A DNA stretch of 64,000 nucleotides from a plasmid, in sequence record NZ_AP023324.1; one strand, given 5' to 3'. The notes under the pieces are model-generated. The model had not been told where the DNA came from. It did not search any database and saw nothing but the letters and a program-made list of their open reading frames with translations. Within the stretch, counting starts at the first letter, position 1, and every line of letters begins with the position of its first letter. Positions 32,204-42,709 of the stretch are shown one piece after another. A program made the position numbers and the translations under genes.

Positions 32204-33295
32204 CAGCATCATCCAGTGGGGCTACCATCTCGGCTGTGACCTGACGCCATGTCCGGGGATGGTCTGGCCAGCGGCGTTCGCATGCCAGTGCCCGCTCGAC
32301 CGCACGCAACAGCGATGCGTCATCGCCTACCGTATAGCCGAAGCGAAGCGGATGACCCCTTGCGCGAAGTCCGGGCAGATCGCGGGCAGGCCGATCGCGG
32401 CGAACTGCATTAGTTTCATCGAGGTGTCGACGAGATAGTCCGCCATGCTGGCCGACCGGTAGGGAGCGATCCCGAAGCGGGCATGCTGGATATAGGGGAT
32501 GGTGTCCTCAAATCCCATTTCCGAAATCCAGTGAAGATTTTCGCGGTCCTGCCCGTCATGGCCCGATCCAATGACGTGAAAATCAATATGCGGAAAGGCC
32601 TTGGCCGCGACGTCGAATACGCTTGGATCGAACAACATACTGCCCACCGAAACTGCCGAAGTGCGTCCGGCATAGGGATCGGGCCGCTCGGCAAAAAAGG
32701 TTTCGGCCAGCCCGTGGGGGATGATCCGGTGGTGGGCGATGCAAGTATGGTCGGCCGCCATGCGCGCGGAGGGCAGGCGCGCATAGTCGATCAACGGCGC
32801 CGCCTTCTCCAACGCGTGCTCGTAGAAGCGTGCCATGCCGATGGTGCGCAACGTGTCCGATGCGCTGTAGATGATCCGCGCGTCCGGATTGCGGCGCGCA
32901 ATCTCGGGGATTAGGGCGACGGCGCTCCCCGATTCCACGATGATGGTGCGCGCACGGCGGACCATGACGTTGACCCGGTGCGGCATGATGCGGGCATAGA
33001 GGGCACTGGCTACCGCGTTCCACGCGGCCAGTCCCGCCGGGCGCAGGTTCACGGGATGCAGCATCGAATACCATAAATGGCTTTCTACCGCACTACCCGC
33101 TGGCGAGGGGACGTTGCGCAATTCGTGGCGCTGGTCGCGCCCCCGCAATGTCGACAGTGCGCTGGAATGGGTGGCGAGGAACATCGTCTCGCCGAGGCGG
33201 CTAAGTTCATCGGCGATGAAGTGCAGGTCGACGCGCCTCTTCGTGCGATAATCGTGGGTGGCAGTGACGATTAGATAGGGGGGATCGAAGGTCAT
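32204..33295 (-). CDS. glycosyltransferase (GT-B fold, GumK/GT1-like)
   Basis: 322-aa ORF with GT-B topology (…IIYSASDTLRT…HVIGSGHDGQ…GIAPYRSASMADYLVDTSMKLMQFAAIGLPAICP). The short tail continues in an alternate frame. Confidence 0.5.
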
Positions 33296-33297
33296 CT

Positions 33298-34453
33298 TTA
33301 GTGCTGGGTCCCGAAGCCGGACAGATAGGCGGCGTGTTCGATAGCCACTGCCGACCGTGCAAATCCCGCCGCATGGGCGATGCGATCCTCCGGGGTGCCT
33401 AGGGGTGTGGTCGTCGACAAGTGCCGGATCATCGCATCAGCCAGCGCGACGGGGTCGCCGGGGGGGACCAAGGTGCCCAGCTCAGGCCGGGTTATGATGT
33501 CCTCCGGCCCGAAATCGCAGCGCGCGGCGATGACGGGCAGTCCGGCGCTCAGCGCCTCGACGATGGCTACGCCGAAGCCTTCCCAGCGCGAGGCGCTGAC
33601 GAAAGCGCTGGCGGCTGCCAGCTCTTGCGATGGGTCAGAGATCATCCCCTTGAGGATCACGTTGCGCGTTAAGTCCAGTGTCTCGACCAACGCGGCCAGC
33701 GCCTGATGCTCCGGCCCGCCGCCAACGATGGCGAAGGTCGCCTGGGGAAAGCGATCGACCACTGGCGGAACGCGCGGATCGCGATGTCATGCCCTTTCTG
33801 ATGAGCTAGGCGTCCAACGGTCACGAAATGCTGAGCCTGCGGCGCGTGTCCGCCGACTGGGGGAAGCTGGCGCACCGGATTGGGCAAATAGCGGACCGCG
33901 CCCTTTCCGCCCAACGCGCCCAAGGTCGATCGCGCTAGGCGGTGATACCGTGACGATCCCGGCAAACCATGTCGCGGTCGCACGGTATAGAGAGAAGACG
34001 AGACGCGACTTTACCGACATCACGCGTTCGATGTCGGGGTTGCCGTGCAGATGCAGGACGATCCGGTCGCGACGTCCGTGGAGTCGGTTGTAGATCAGGC
34101 TGAGCACTGCGTTTTCAAACTGTGGTATGACGATAACGTCGAAATCGTTCGTGGCCAACACGCGGTGCAGTCCGGCCGGGACGTCACGCACTCGATCGCC
34201 CGGCCCGAATGATCCGGTAGGGGGCGTCGCGAACCTCGGGATAGTCAGTGAAATAAATGACCGACACTGCGATCGATCCGGCATGGTGTTCGACCAGTTC
34301 GGATGCGAGCTCGTGGGTCACGCGCTCCATGCCCGCGAAATGCGGGGAGGGGGGAACGAGATAGGCGACCCGGACACGCGAATTTTCAGTGAAAACGGGG
34401 GCAGAGACGAGGTTTGCGTGAGGCAGGGTTGAAGGCGGCGAGGTCATGGTCAT
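33298..34453 (-). CDS. glycosyltransferase family 1 (GT4), about three frameshifts
   Basis: C-terminus …FVSASRWEGFGVAIVEALSAGLPVIAARCDFGPEDII… (E-x7-E motif). N-domain pieces in ORFs 33669..33983, 33787..34284 and 34184..34459. Confidence 0.6.
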
Positions 34454-34838
34454 CCACAAGAGGCTTATGTGCTGACCGCACCCGGTATGGGTACGGATCC
34501 TATCCGTGCGGCGGGCATGTTAATGAAGGTACTGTTTCGTTAATGGGGAACGTTGTCGACCGCGCGGTTCGTGGCGTTCCTCGCCTTGTCGGTATTAATG
34601 GTTGTTCGTCACTCTCAGACATCGTTGGAGGGCATATGTCTGCTGGCGCGGCCCTATGCCACCAAAACCGATGCGCATAAAGGTCAGATCCTCAAATGAT
34701 CCGCTTGCCTGTCTCTTTACCAGCCATTCCGCGTCTTATATTGGACGCCAAGATAAATGAACACGGTGCGGCGGTTCGTATCCCGGTTTGCTCGTGCCAC
34801 CCGGTATCGCCCCGGGCGTATGAAGGAAGCGATACCTG

Positions 34839-36142
34839 ATGTCTCCCGGCCTCTCTCCCAGACCGATTAAGGTGCAATGGTGGCATTCCCCCGCGCTGCT
34901 GATCCTCGGGTTTACGCTTCCCTTTTTCCTGCTGGTCGCTGCAATCACGCCCAGCGTCATCCGCAACGCGCCAGTCCTCGCTTCGCGCGAGATGTATCTG
35001 ACCCTGTTCCGGGTAATCCAAGCGATTAGCCTGCTTCTCGTATTCGCTGCGGGCGCCGCCTATGCGGGCAGGAAAACGTTCATCGGTAAGGTGCAGCTGT
35101 ACGACGGCTGTATGGACTTCCTATTCTACCTGACGTTCGCCGCTTATATCATTTGGTTCGGACCACTCGTCCTATCCAATCCTCGGCTGATTTTGGAAAC
35201 CTTTACCGGCACCGTCGGCGCGATTTATGACGTCCGTGACGAGGCACAGAATATTTCGGGTGTCACGACCGCTACGCAGTTCGGAATTTCCTATGCAATC
35301 ATCTATGCAATCAAGCGGTTTCAAGACGGTGAGATTGTGCCCCGCAAATATACCATTATGCTGGGGATCATCGGAGGGCTGGCCCTGTTCCGAGCTACCG
35401 TATACTCAGAGCGTATTGCAGTCGCAGAAATATTTATTGCAGCGTTTGTGATTTTTGTTGTTTCTTATCAATCCAGAAAACGCTATGTTAGATTAGGAAT
35501 AAAATATTTTCCATTTTTGCTCTATGCGGCAGCACCAATATTTTGCGGTGTTTGAATATCCGGAGCTGGCTCAATCACTATATTGATATTTATGACAATT
35601 TCTGGCATTTTGTCATGGATAGATTTTCATTGTATTATGTTACGTCACTCAATAATATATGTGCATTGCTAGATTATTCGCAGAATCCGACATATGATGG
35701 CGGCTGGACGTTGAACTGGTTGTATCGATTTCCCGTCATTGGTCCGCTGCTATCCGATGAAGGCGCCAATGGTGGGGGCGTTGGACATTCGTGGTTTCTA
35801 AAATTTTTGGCTGCTTATGCGTCGCCGGAATTTAACAACACCACTGGTGTTTTGACGGTTGTCTATGACTGGGGCTGGCCACTTGGGCTGGTGCTGATGG
35901 GAATATACGGAATATTGGCGGGGCTAACCTTTGCGTCTTTTAAGAGCGGCAATGGCGTGCTGCGCTACGTCTATCCTATATTCTTATACTCGATCCTCGA
36001 GCTTCTGCGTATCGGCTATATCTATGACGGCCGCGCCGTTGCCGCGATCATTGGGATCATTATCGCGATCGGATTCTGGAGGAAAGCTGCGGCAATGGCA
36101 CCACCAATGACGATGGCCCCGGGCGGTCTTCGGCCACGATAA
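34839..36142 (+). CDS. polytopic membrane protein, Wzy-like oligosaccharide repeat-unit polymerase candidate (two ORF fragments)
   Basis: Low-GC, highly hydrophobic ORFs 34839..35555 and 35543..36142 (≥10 TM helices, no soluble domain). Position in the EPS cluster fits a Wzy role. Confidence 0.35.
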
Positions 36143-36238
36143 GCAGCCGTAGCCGATAAGACGGTTTCGTTTCGGATTGGCATTGGCTACACGGTGCCCT
36201 AATGCGTTTTTAAATCTTTCACTTCCTCCATACGCTCG

Positions 36239-37570
36239 ATGCCATTGGCGATCCCCTTCCTCGTGTTCATTGGGGTTTTGTGGGTCGCGGGTGGCGCCTC
36301 CCGTGCGGATGTCGCAGGGCAGGTAGTCAGCCGCGCAGCGGCATGGGTCGCCTTGGTCACGCTCATTATATTGGGTGATCGGCGCAGCCTGATCGGAGAC
36401 CGCCAGGTCTTGGCGTTGTTAGTCGCCACGATTTTGCTGCCATTAGTTCAGATCATTCCGATTCCGCCATCATGGTGGTCGGGGCTGCCTGGGCGGGGCA
36501 TATTTTTAGAGGCAGCCACCGCGGCCGGGATGGCGCAACCCTGGCGACCATGGGCCATTGTACCGTCTGCCGCCTGGAATGCGCTTTTCTCGTTGGTCGT
36601 GCCGCTGGCCACCTATTTCCTCATTGCGGGTTTTGGTCGAGTTGGACATCTGCTGATGCTCGGACACTACTCATATTGATTGTAGTCTCCACTGTAGTCG
36701 GCCTGATGCAATTCTCCGGCGTCAATGTCGACAATCCGTTTGTTAACGGATCAGGCGAGGTGAACGGGATGTTCGCCAATCATAATCACTTCGCACTGTT
36801 TATTGCTATGGGCTGCCTGCTAGCTCCAATCTGGGCTTTTTGCGAATCCCGTAAGCCGGCTGGCAGCATCCGGTTGCGCTTGGATTGGTCTCGTTGTTTA
36901 TCCTCACCATCCTGTCCAGTGGTTCGCGTGCGGGTATGATCGCTGGGCTGATCGGGGTGAGTGGTGGCTTTTGGTGACACAGGGGGATGCCCGTAAGGCG
37001 CTTCGGCGTTACCCGCGCTGGGTATTCCCTGCTCTAATTGCCGCGACGCTGGTCAGTGTGACCGGACTGGTCCTTTTGAGTGTGATGTCAGACAGAGCCA
37101 TGTCGATTCACCGCGCGATGACCGTTGATGTGTCACAAGATATGCGTTCCCGCGCACTGCCCGTCGTATTGAAAATGATTCGGGAATATTTTCCCATGGG
37201 ATCGGGCTTTGGCGGCTTTGACCCGATATTTCGGTTACACGAACCATTTGCCCTACTTAAGCCAACCTATTTCAACCACGCGCATAACGACTTTCTAGAG
37301 ATTGTTCTTGATGCGGGACTGCCGGGGCTGATTTTGCTCATGCTGGCTATCGGATGGTGGATGTGGGGCAGCATCGATGCGTGGCGCAGTCGCGGCGAGG
37401 ACGCCGGACTGCGAAGGACTGGGTCCATCATGCTGTTGATGGTCTTTGCTGCCAGCGTCTTCGACTATCCGGCCCGCACCCCGATCATCATGGCGGTGAT
37501 TGTGATCGCGGCGATCTGGCTTAGCGGATATGCACGGCAATCCGCTGCATCGGCTTTACGTCAACCATAG
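36239..37570 (+). CDS. O-antigen ligase/Wzy_C-domain membrane protein (EPS polymerase/ligase family), frameshifted
   Basis: …YFNHAHNDFLEIVLDAGLPGLILLMLAIGWWMW… matches the Wzy_C (PF04932) signature. Three hydrophobic ORF fragments. Confidence 0.55.
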
Positions 37571-37635
37571 CCGCTCGTATAGACGCCATGATTTGCACTG
37601 CCTTGCGATCCATTACCGTGGAAGCTTCCGACCTT

Positions 37636-38346
37636 ATGCGTAAGACCTGCCTTATTCTGCCGGCTATCATAATGATGTCGGCATGCTCGCATCGGGAGCC
37701 GCTGGTTTCGACGCCACAGCTGACTGTGGTCGAAAGCAGTCATGCTCTGCCTCCTCCCAATCGCAGCGATCTCACTGCGGCGGATCGTCCGGCGTTGATC
37801 GGACCCCTCGATACCATTGAGGTAGACGTCTTCAATGTGCCCGACCTCAGCCGGGAAATGCAGGTGGATGCCAGCGGCCGGATTGTCATGCCGCTGGCGG
37901 GTGAAATCGCAGCAAGTGGGCGTACTGCCAGCGAACTGGCTTCCGCCGTCGCGGGAGCGTTACGAAAGCGCTATATTCGTGATCCCGAAGTAACGGTAAA
38001 TATCAAGAGCTCAGTGAGCCAAGTCGTGACTATTGACGGGCAGGTGGTTGAACCGGGACTTTATCCTGTAACCAACCAAATGACTTTGTTACGAGCAATC
38101 GCTTCTGCCAAGGGATTGTCCGAGTTTGCGCGGCAAGAGGATGTGGTTATTCTACGTACGGTCGAGGGGCGGCGCATGGCTGGCCTTTACAACATCGACC
38201 AAATTCGACGTGGTGCCTATGATGACCCGGCGATCTACGCCAATGACCTAGTAATTGTTGGTGACTCCCCGCAGCGTCGCCTGTTCCGTGATTTCGTGTC
38301 GTTGTCGCCGCTCCTTGCCGGGCCGTTGATCGCCATTTTGCAATAA
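37636..38346 (+). CDS. wza: polysaccharide export outer-membrane lipoprotein (Wza/GumB/ExoF family)
   Basis: Lipoprotein signal MRKTCLILPAIIMMSAC. Poly_export domain (…IEVDVFNVPDLSREMQVDASGRIVMPLAGEIAASGRTASELASAVAGALRKRYIRDPEVTVNI…) followed by a SLBB domain. Confidence 0.7.
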   Translation: MRKTCLILPAIIMMSACSHREPLVSTPQLTVVESSHALPPPNRSDLTAADRPALIGPLDTIEVDVFNVPDLSREMQVDASGRIVMPLAGEIAASGRTASELASAVAGALRKRYIRDPEVTVNIKSSVSQVVTIDGQVVEPGLYPVTNQMTLLRAIASAKGLSEFARQEDVVILRTVEGRRMAGLYNIDQIRRGAYDDPAIYANDLVIVGDSPQRRLFRDFVSLSPLLAGPLIAILQ

Positions 38347-38357
38347 GGCCGGATTTG

Positions 38358-40537
38358 ATGAACGCTGTTACCTCCGTCCCTCAGGACGGCATCGCCGGTC
38401 CTGAAACACGATTCCCCTTCCGAGAGGGGAGCAGACTTCAATAATTCGACACTATCTACATATCGCTCAACGGTGGCGTTACGTCATTATTGGCATAACT
38501 ACCGCCTGTATCTTGGTGGGATTGATTGTAACTTTGCTTATGACACCGCAATATACTGCGGTGTCGGCCATCGAAATTGCACGAGATTCGAGCAAGGTCA
38601 CTGATTTTCAAGGTGTCGAGCGCGAAACGAGCGCACTCGATCAAGAATTTTACCAAACCCAATATGGGTTGCTGCGTTCGCGGGCTTTATCTGAACGGAT
38701 CGCGAACCAATTGCGCCTAGTCGACGATGCTAAGTTTTTCGCAATGTTCGGCTATAAGAAGGATAGCCCGGCGTTTAAACTGACCAGGGGCGCTATCCGG
38801 CCAATGGCCGCGCTGAACGACTGCGGATCGCGGGCGAAATTCTGCTCGATCATCTATCCGTTAACCCTACGCGTATGTCGCGTCTAGTTGACGTTGGCTT
38901 TACCAGTCCAGACGCTGATTTCTCCGCACGCATTGCCAATGCGTGGGCCGATCAGTATATCCAAAGCAATCTTGAGCGTAAAGTTCAGGCGACATCCTAT
39001 GGACGTAATCTTTTACAGCGGCAGTTAGCCCTACAGAAAGAGCGTCTAGATGAATCTCAGCGCCAGCTCGTCGGCTATGCCTCCGCGCAGCAAATTATTA
39101 CCCTACCGTCCCAGACGAGCAACGGTACGACAACATCAGAACGTTCTATCGTTGCCGATGATCTTGCGGCGCTAAATTCTGCACTGTCGCAGGCAACCGC
39201 TGATCGTATTCAGGCTGAGGCGCGTTTCCAGCAGGCGGGACGTGCTGGGGCCTCAACCGAAGCGTTGCGCAACACCGCGATTAATAATCTACGCCAACGC
39301 CGTGCGGAACTGGCTGCAGAATACCAGCGGCTCATGGTGCAGTTTGAACCGGGCTATCCTGCTGCTAAAGCCGTCCAGTCCCAAATCGCTCAGCTTGATC
39401 AAGCGATCACGCGCGAAGAGGGGCGTGTGTCGGGGTCGCTCCAAGCTGACTATCGTGAAGCACAGGAGCGTGAACGTGCGCTTCAGGCTCAGGTTAATCA
39501 GCTTAAATCGCAGTATCTCGACCAGCGTCGGCGTAGCATCCAATACAATATCTACCAGCAGGAGGTTGATACCAACCGGGCTCTATACGACGGCCTGCTA
39601 CAGCGTTTTAAAGAAATTGGGATTGCTGGCAGTGTTGGCGTCAATAACATTTCAATTATTGACAATGCCGATGTGCCCCAGAAACCGTCCAGTCCTCGTC
39701 TGCTATTGAATATTGCCATTGCGTTCGCTGCGGGTTTGGTCTTGGGTGGTTTGGCCGCATTCGCGCTCGAGCAGATGGATGAGGCGATTGCAGATCCGGC
39801 CGAGATTGAGCGTCGGCTTGGTCTTCCACTCCTCGGGGCTGTTCCTAATCTAAAAGATATCCGTCCGGAAGATGCTCTACGAGATCGTAAGTCAGCGCTG
39901 GTTGATGCTTATCTCGCAGTACAAACGAACCTGTCGTTCACTACCGAACACGGCGTGCCACGGTCTTTTGCTGTTACCTCCACGCGCCCCGCTGAAGGCA
40001 AGTCTACTACCGCCTTTGCGCTAGCAACTATGTTGTCGCGCTCGCAAAGGCGGGTCGTACTGGTCGATGGCGATATGCGTTCTCCCTCAATCCACCACTT
40101 GGTCGGCATCGGGCACGACCTAGGTCTTAGTAATTTTCTGGCAGGCGAGGACAATCTGCCATCGTTGATCTTCCCAGTTGAAACCCTTGGCTTCGACGCA
40201 ATGACGGCTGGGCCAATTCCACCCAATGCTGCCGAACTTTTGACAGGCAACCGGCTTGCGATGCTGATCGAAGGTTTACTCGATCGCTATGATCACGTTG
40301 TTATCGATTCTCCCGGTCATGGGGTTGGCTGATGCGCCGCTGATTGCGTCACGCGTGGAAGGTGTCATTTACGCTGTAGAGTCGCATGGTATCAGCTCGG
40401 GTTTGGTGAAGACTGCACTGCGTCGTCTAGATAGCGCTAATGCTCGGATCTTCGGCAGCGTCTTGACTAAGTTCGAAGAGAAAAAGTCGCGCTATGGCTA
40501 TGACTATGGCTATGGCTATGGACGCCAAGAAACTTGA
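38358..40537 (+). CDS. wzc: polysaccharide co-polymerase tyrosine autokinase (Wzc/ExoP/GumC family) with C-terminal Tyr-rich tail, about two frameshifts
   Basis: Wzz-like N-domain (LVGLIVTLLMTPQYTAVSAIEI). Long coiled-coil periplasmic region. Cytoplasmic P-loop domain …AVTSTRPAEGKSTTAFALATMLSRSQRRVVLVDGDMRSPS… (Walker A), …VVIDSPP… and a terminal YGYDYGYGYG tyrosine cluster. The start is uncertain. Confidence 0.7.
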
Positions 40538-40540
40538 GTT

Positions 40541-41794
40541 GTGATAATGGCGAATAGTCAATCTGCCCTATCGGCTAAGGTCCGGCGCTCCCAGCGAGTA
40601 TGGCGATCGCCCCAAGAATGGGTTGTACGGGGGCTGGCTGCTGCGGTGACTGCCGGACTTGGCTATTATTGCGTGATCTTTTCCGTTGCTCAAGTTACTG
40701 TTCGCGGTAACCCGGCATCGGCATATAGGATGGTTCCTAATAGCGGAGCCATCGCGGGTGATTATGCTGCTGGGTTAATGCGTGAAAATCCCTCACTTGC
40801 TAACGTACTAGCCCGGCGTGCTCTAATGCATGATCCGACAGCAATCGGCGCGATCGTTACTTTAGGCATAAATGCTCAGTTACATGGTGATGTCGGTGCT
40901 GCACGGCGTTTGTTCGCCTATGGCCAACGCCTATCACGTCGCGACAACTCGACACAATTATGGGCGATCGAAGATGCGGTCGCTCGCAATGACATACCTG
41001 ACGTGCTGCGTCATTACGACGTCGCATTACGTACCTCTCCGAATTTGGCAGACATTTTGTATCCGGTACTGGCATCGGCGAGTGCCGACCCTGCGATCCG
41101 TTCGGCCCTGATCCGCACGCTTATTGCCAGGCCTCCATGGGGAGACGGCTTCCTTATATACATGTCGGGTAAAGGGCCTGACCCAGAAGCTAGTGCGCGC
41201 TTCCTACAGGGAATGGCGCAAGCTAAATTGCCTGTACCGGCCGAGGCCATAGCTAATACGGTCAATGCTTTGTTAGCCATTGGACATGGCGATGACGCGT
41301 GGGCTGTGTATCAGATGTGGCATCCGAAGGCGGATCGCCGTTATTCTCGCGATCCTCGCTTTACAGGTAGTCGCCAGGCTCTATCAGTCCTAGACTGGAT
41401 TCCTATAGACGGTGACGGGCTAACTGCATCGATCCAGGCGGGGCAGCGCGGCGGAATTTTAGATTTTGTGGCTTCATCCAGCGCCTCCGGTCCTGTTGCC
41501 CGGCAGATCCAGTTGCTACCGGCGGGTACCTATCGTTTGACGGGACACAGCACAGGACCAGCGCAGGCACAAGATGCTCAACCCTATTGGACAATCCGGT
41601 GCCAAAATAATCTAGAGATAGCACGAGTATCGCTTGCAAATGTCGATGGCGATGCTGGTAGTCATCAAGAAGTGATATTCAAGGTGCCTGCCGGATGCCC
41701 GTTGCAGATCACGGAATTAGTCGTTCGTCCGTCCGACAACGCTGCTGGGTCGAACGGACAAATTGATTATCTTAAAGTAGAGCCAATTCGATGA
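40541..41794 (+). CDS. hypothetical protein (N-terminal TM anchor, helical repeat region), unknown function, in EPS cluster
   Basis: 417-aa intact ORF, codon usage consistent with the low-GC block, no recognisable catalytic motif. A 4-bp overlap with the next ORF suggests co-translation. Confidence 0.4.
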   Translation: MIMANSQSALSAKVRRSQRVWRSPQEWVVRGLAAAVTAGLGYYCVIFSVAQVTVRGNPASAYRMVPNSGAIAGDYAAGLMRENPSLANVLARRALMHDPTAIGAIVTLGINAQLHGDVGAARRLFAYGQRLSRRDNSTQLWAIEDAVARNDIPDVLRHYDVALRTSPNLADILYPVLASASADPAIRSALIRTLIARPPWGDGFLIYMSGKGPDPEASARFLQGMAQAKLPVPAEAIANTVNALLAIGHGDDAWAVYQMWHPKADRRYSRDPRFTGSRQALSVLDWIPIDGDGLTASIQAGQRGGILDFVASSSASGPVARQIQLLPAGTYRLTGHSTGPAQAQDAQPYWTIRCQNNLEIARVSLANVDGDAGSHQEVIFKVPAGCPLQITELVVRPSDNAAGSNGQIDYLKVEPIR

Positions 41795-42222
41795 TACGGC
41801 CATTATCTTTGGCAATAATATGGGTCGTGGCTCTATTCACTGGCGTAGGCTGGGCAAATACCTCTGTAGCGCAACAGGGCACATCGATACGATCTCATTC
41901 TGAAAGAGGAGCGAGAGAGGGGAGCGAAGCCTCAGGATCGTTTTCACAATCAAACTCGCAAATTGCCCTGCCTACTAGGCCAGCGTCTGCCGGACATGTT
42001 GCGAGATCCACTGTTGGGGAAGTCGGTCATCGCGTAAACCGCGAAGATAGCTTTTTGCAATCCCAACCTTTGGCACGTATTGATAGTCGTATTCGTAACA
42101 GGGTTCAGTCGCGATTGAGGACACGAATTGATCGGATATATGATCCTCAAGAAACCTCCACATCGGCTTTCAATACAGCGGCAAACCAAGCGCGCATTGC
42201 CGTAGGTAAAATTCCAAGGTAA
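41791..42222 (+). CDS. secreted hypothetical protein (signal peptide MIRPLSLAIIWVVALFTGVGWANTSVA)
   Basis: 143 aa, Ser/Arg-rich, overlaps the upstream gene stop. Confidence 0.35.
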   Translation: MIRPLSLAIIWVVALFTGVGWANTSVAQQGTSIRSHSERGAREGSEASGSFSQSNSQIALPTRPASAGHVARSTVGEVGHRVNREDSFLQSQPLARIDSRIRNRVQSRLRTRIDRIYDPQETSTSAFNTAANQARIAVGKIPR

Positions 42223-42709
42223 AGTATTTGCAAAATCTAAGTTACAATTCAACATAAATGGCGCTGTTACTGTGATAAAAATTATTTTATAATGCGCTGT
42301 ACGTCTAATCTTACGCAGGTACGTTAATTCTAAGCGGTAGACCTGCAGACATCGGCATTGACTACGGATAACGTAAGAATAAAATAGGGCGTAGGATAAG
42401 GGGCGGCCACGGTTACTCCCTCATCGCATAAGTTTTTACTTAAAAGCACGCTATTGTTAAAATAGGCACGGGCAAGAGGCCTTGCCTGATCGATCTACGT
42501 GCATTTGTCGCGGTGCCAATGGTACAAAAGACATTTTTTCATTTGGTTATGTACAAGCAAGCCCTTTCCGCTGCGACTATCTGATAATGTCTTTTATCAA
42601 ATTAATGACGTATATGCTTGTATGTAATAAGGGCCGGGCTGAGGCAGATGGTGGTCGTTTTCTGACCAACAAAGCCAACGTGCCTGATAATCGTCTATTA
42701 GGTCGGCCA

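Noticed and set aside
34460-34838. TTAATG direct repeats (GTTAATGAAGGTACTGTTTCGTTAATGG) in the AT-rich divergent promoter region, considered as a CtrA box
   Set aside because: Spacing between TTAA half-sites (about 18 bp) does not fit the TTAA-N7-TTAAC CtrA consensus. Retained only as generic AT-rich promoter DNA.
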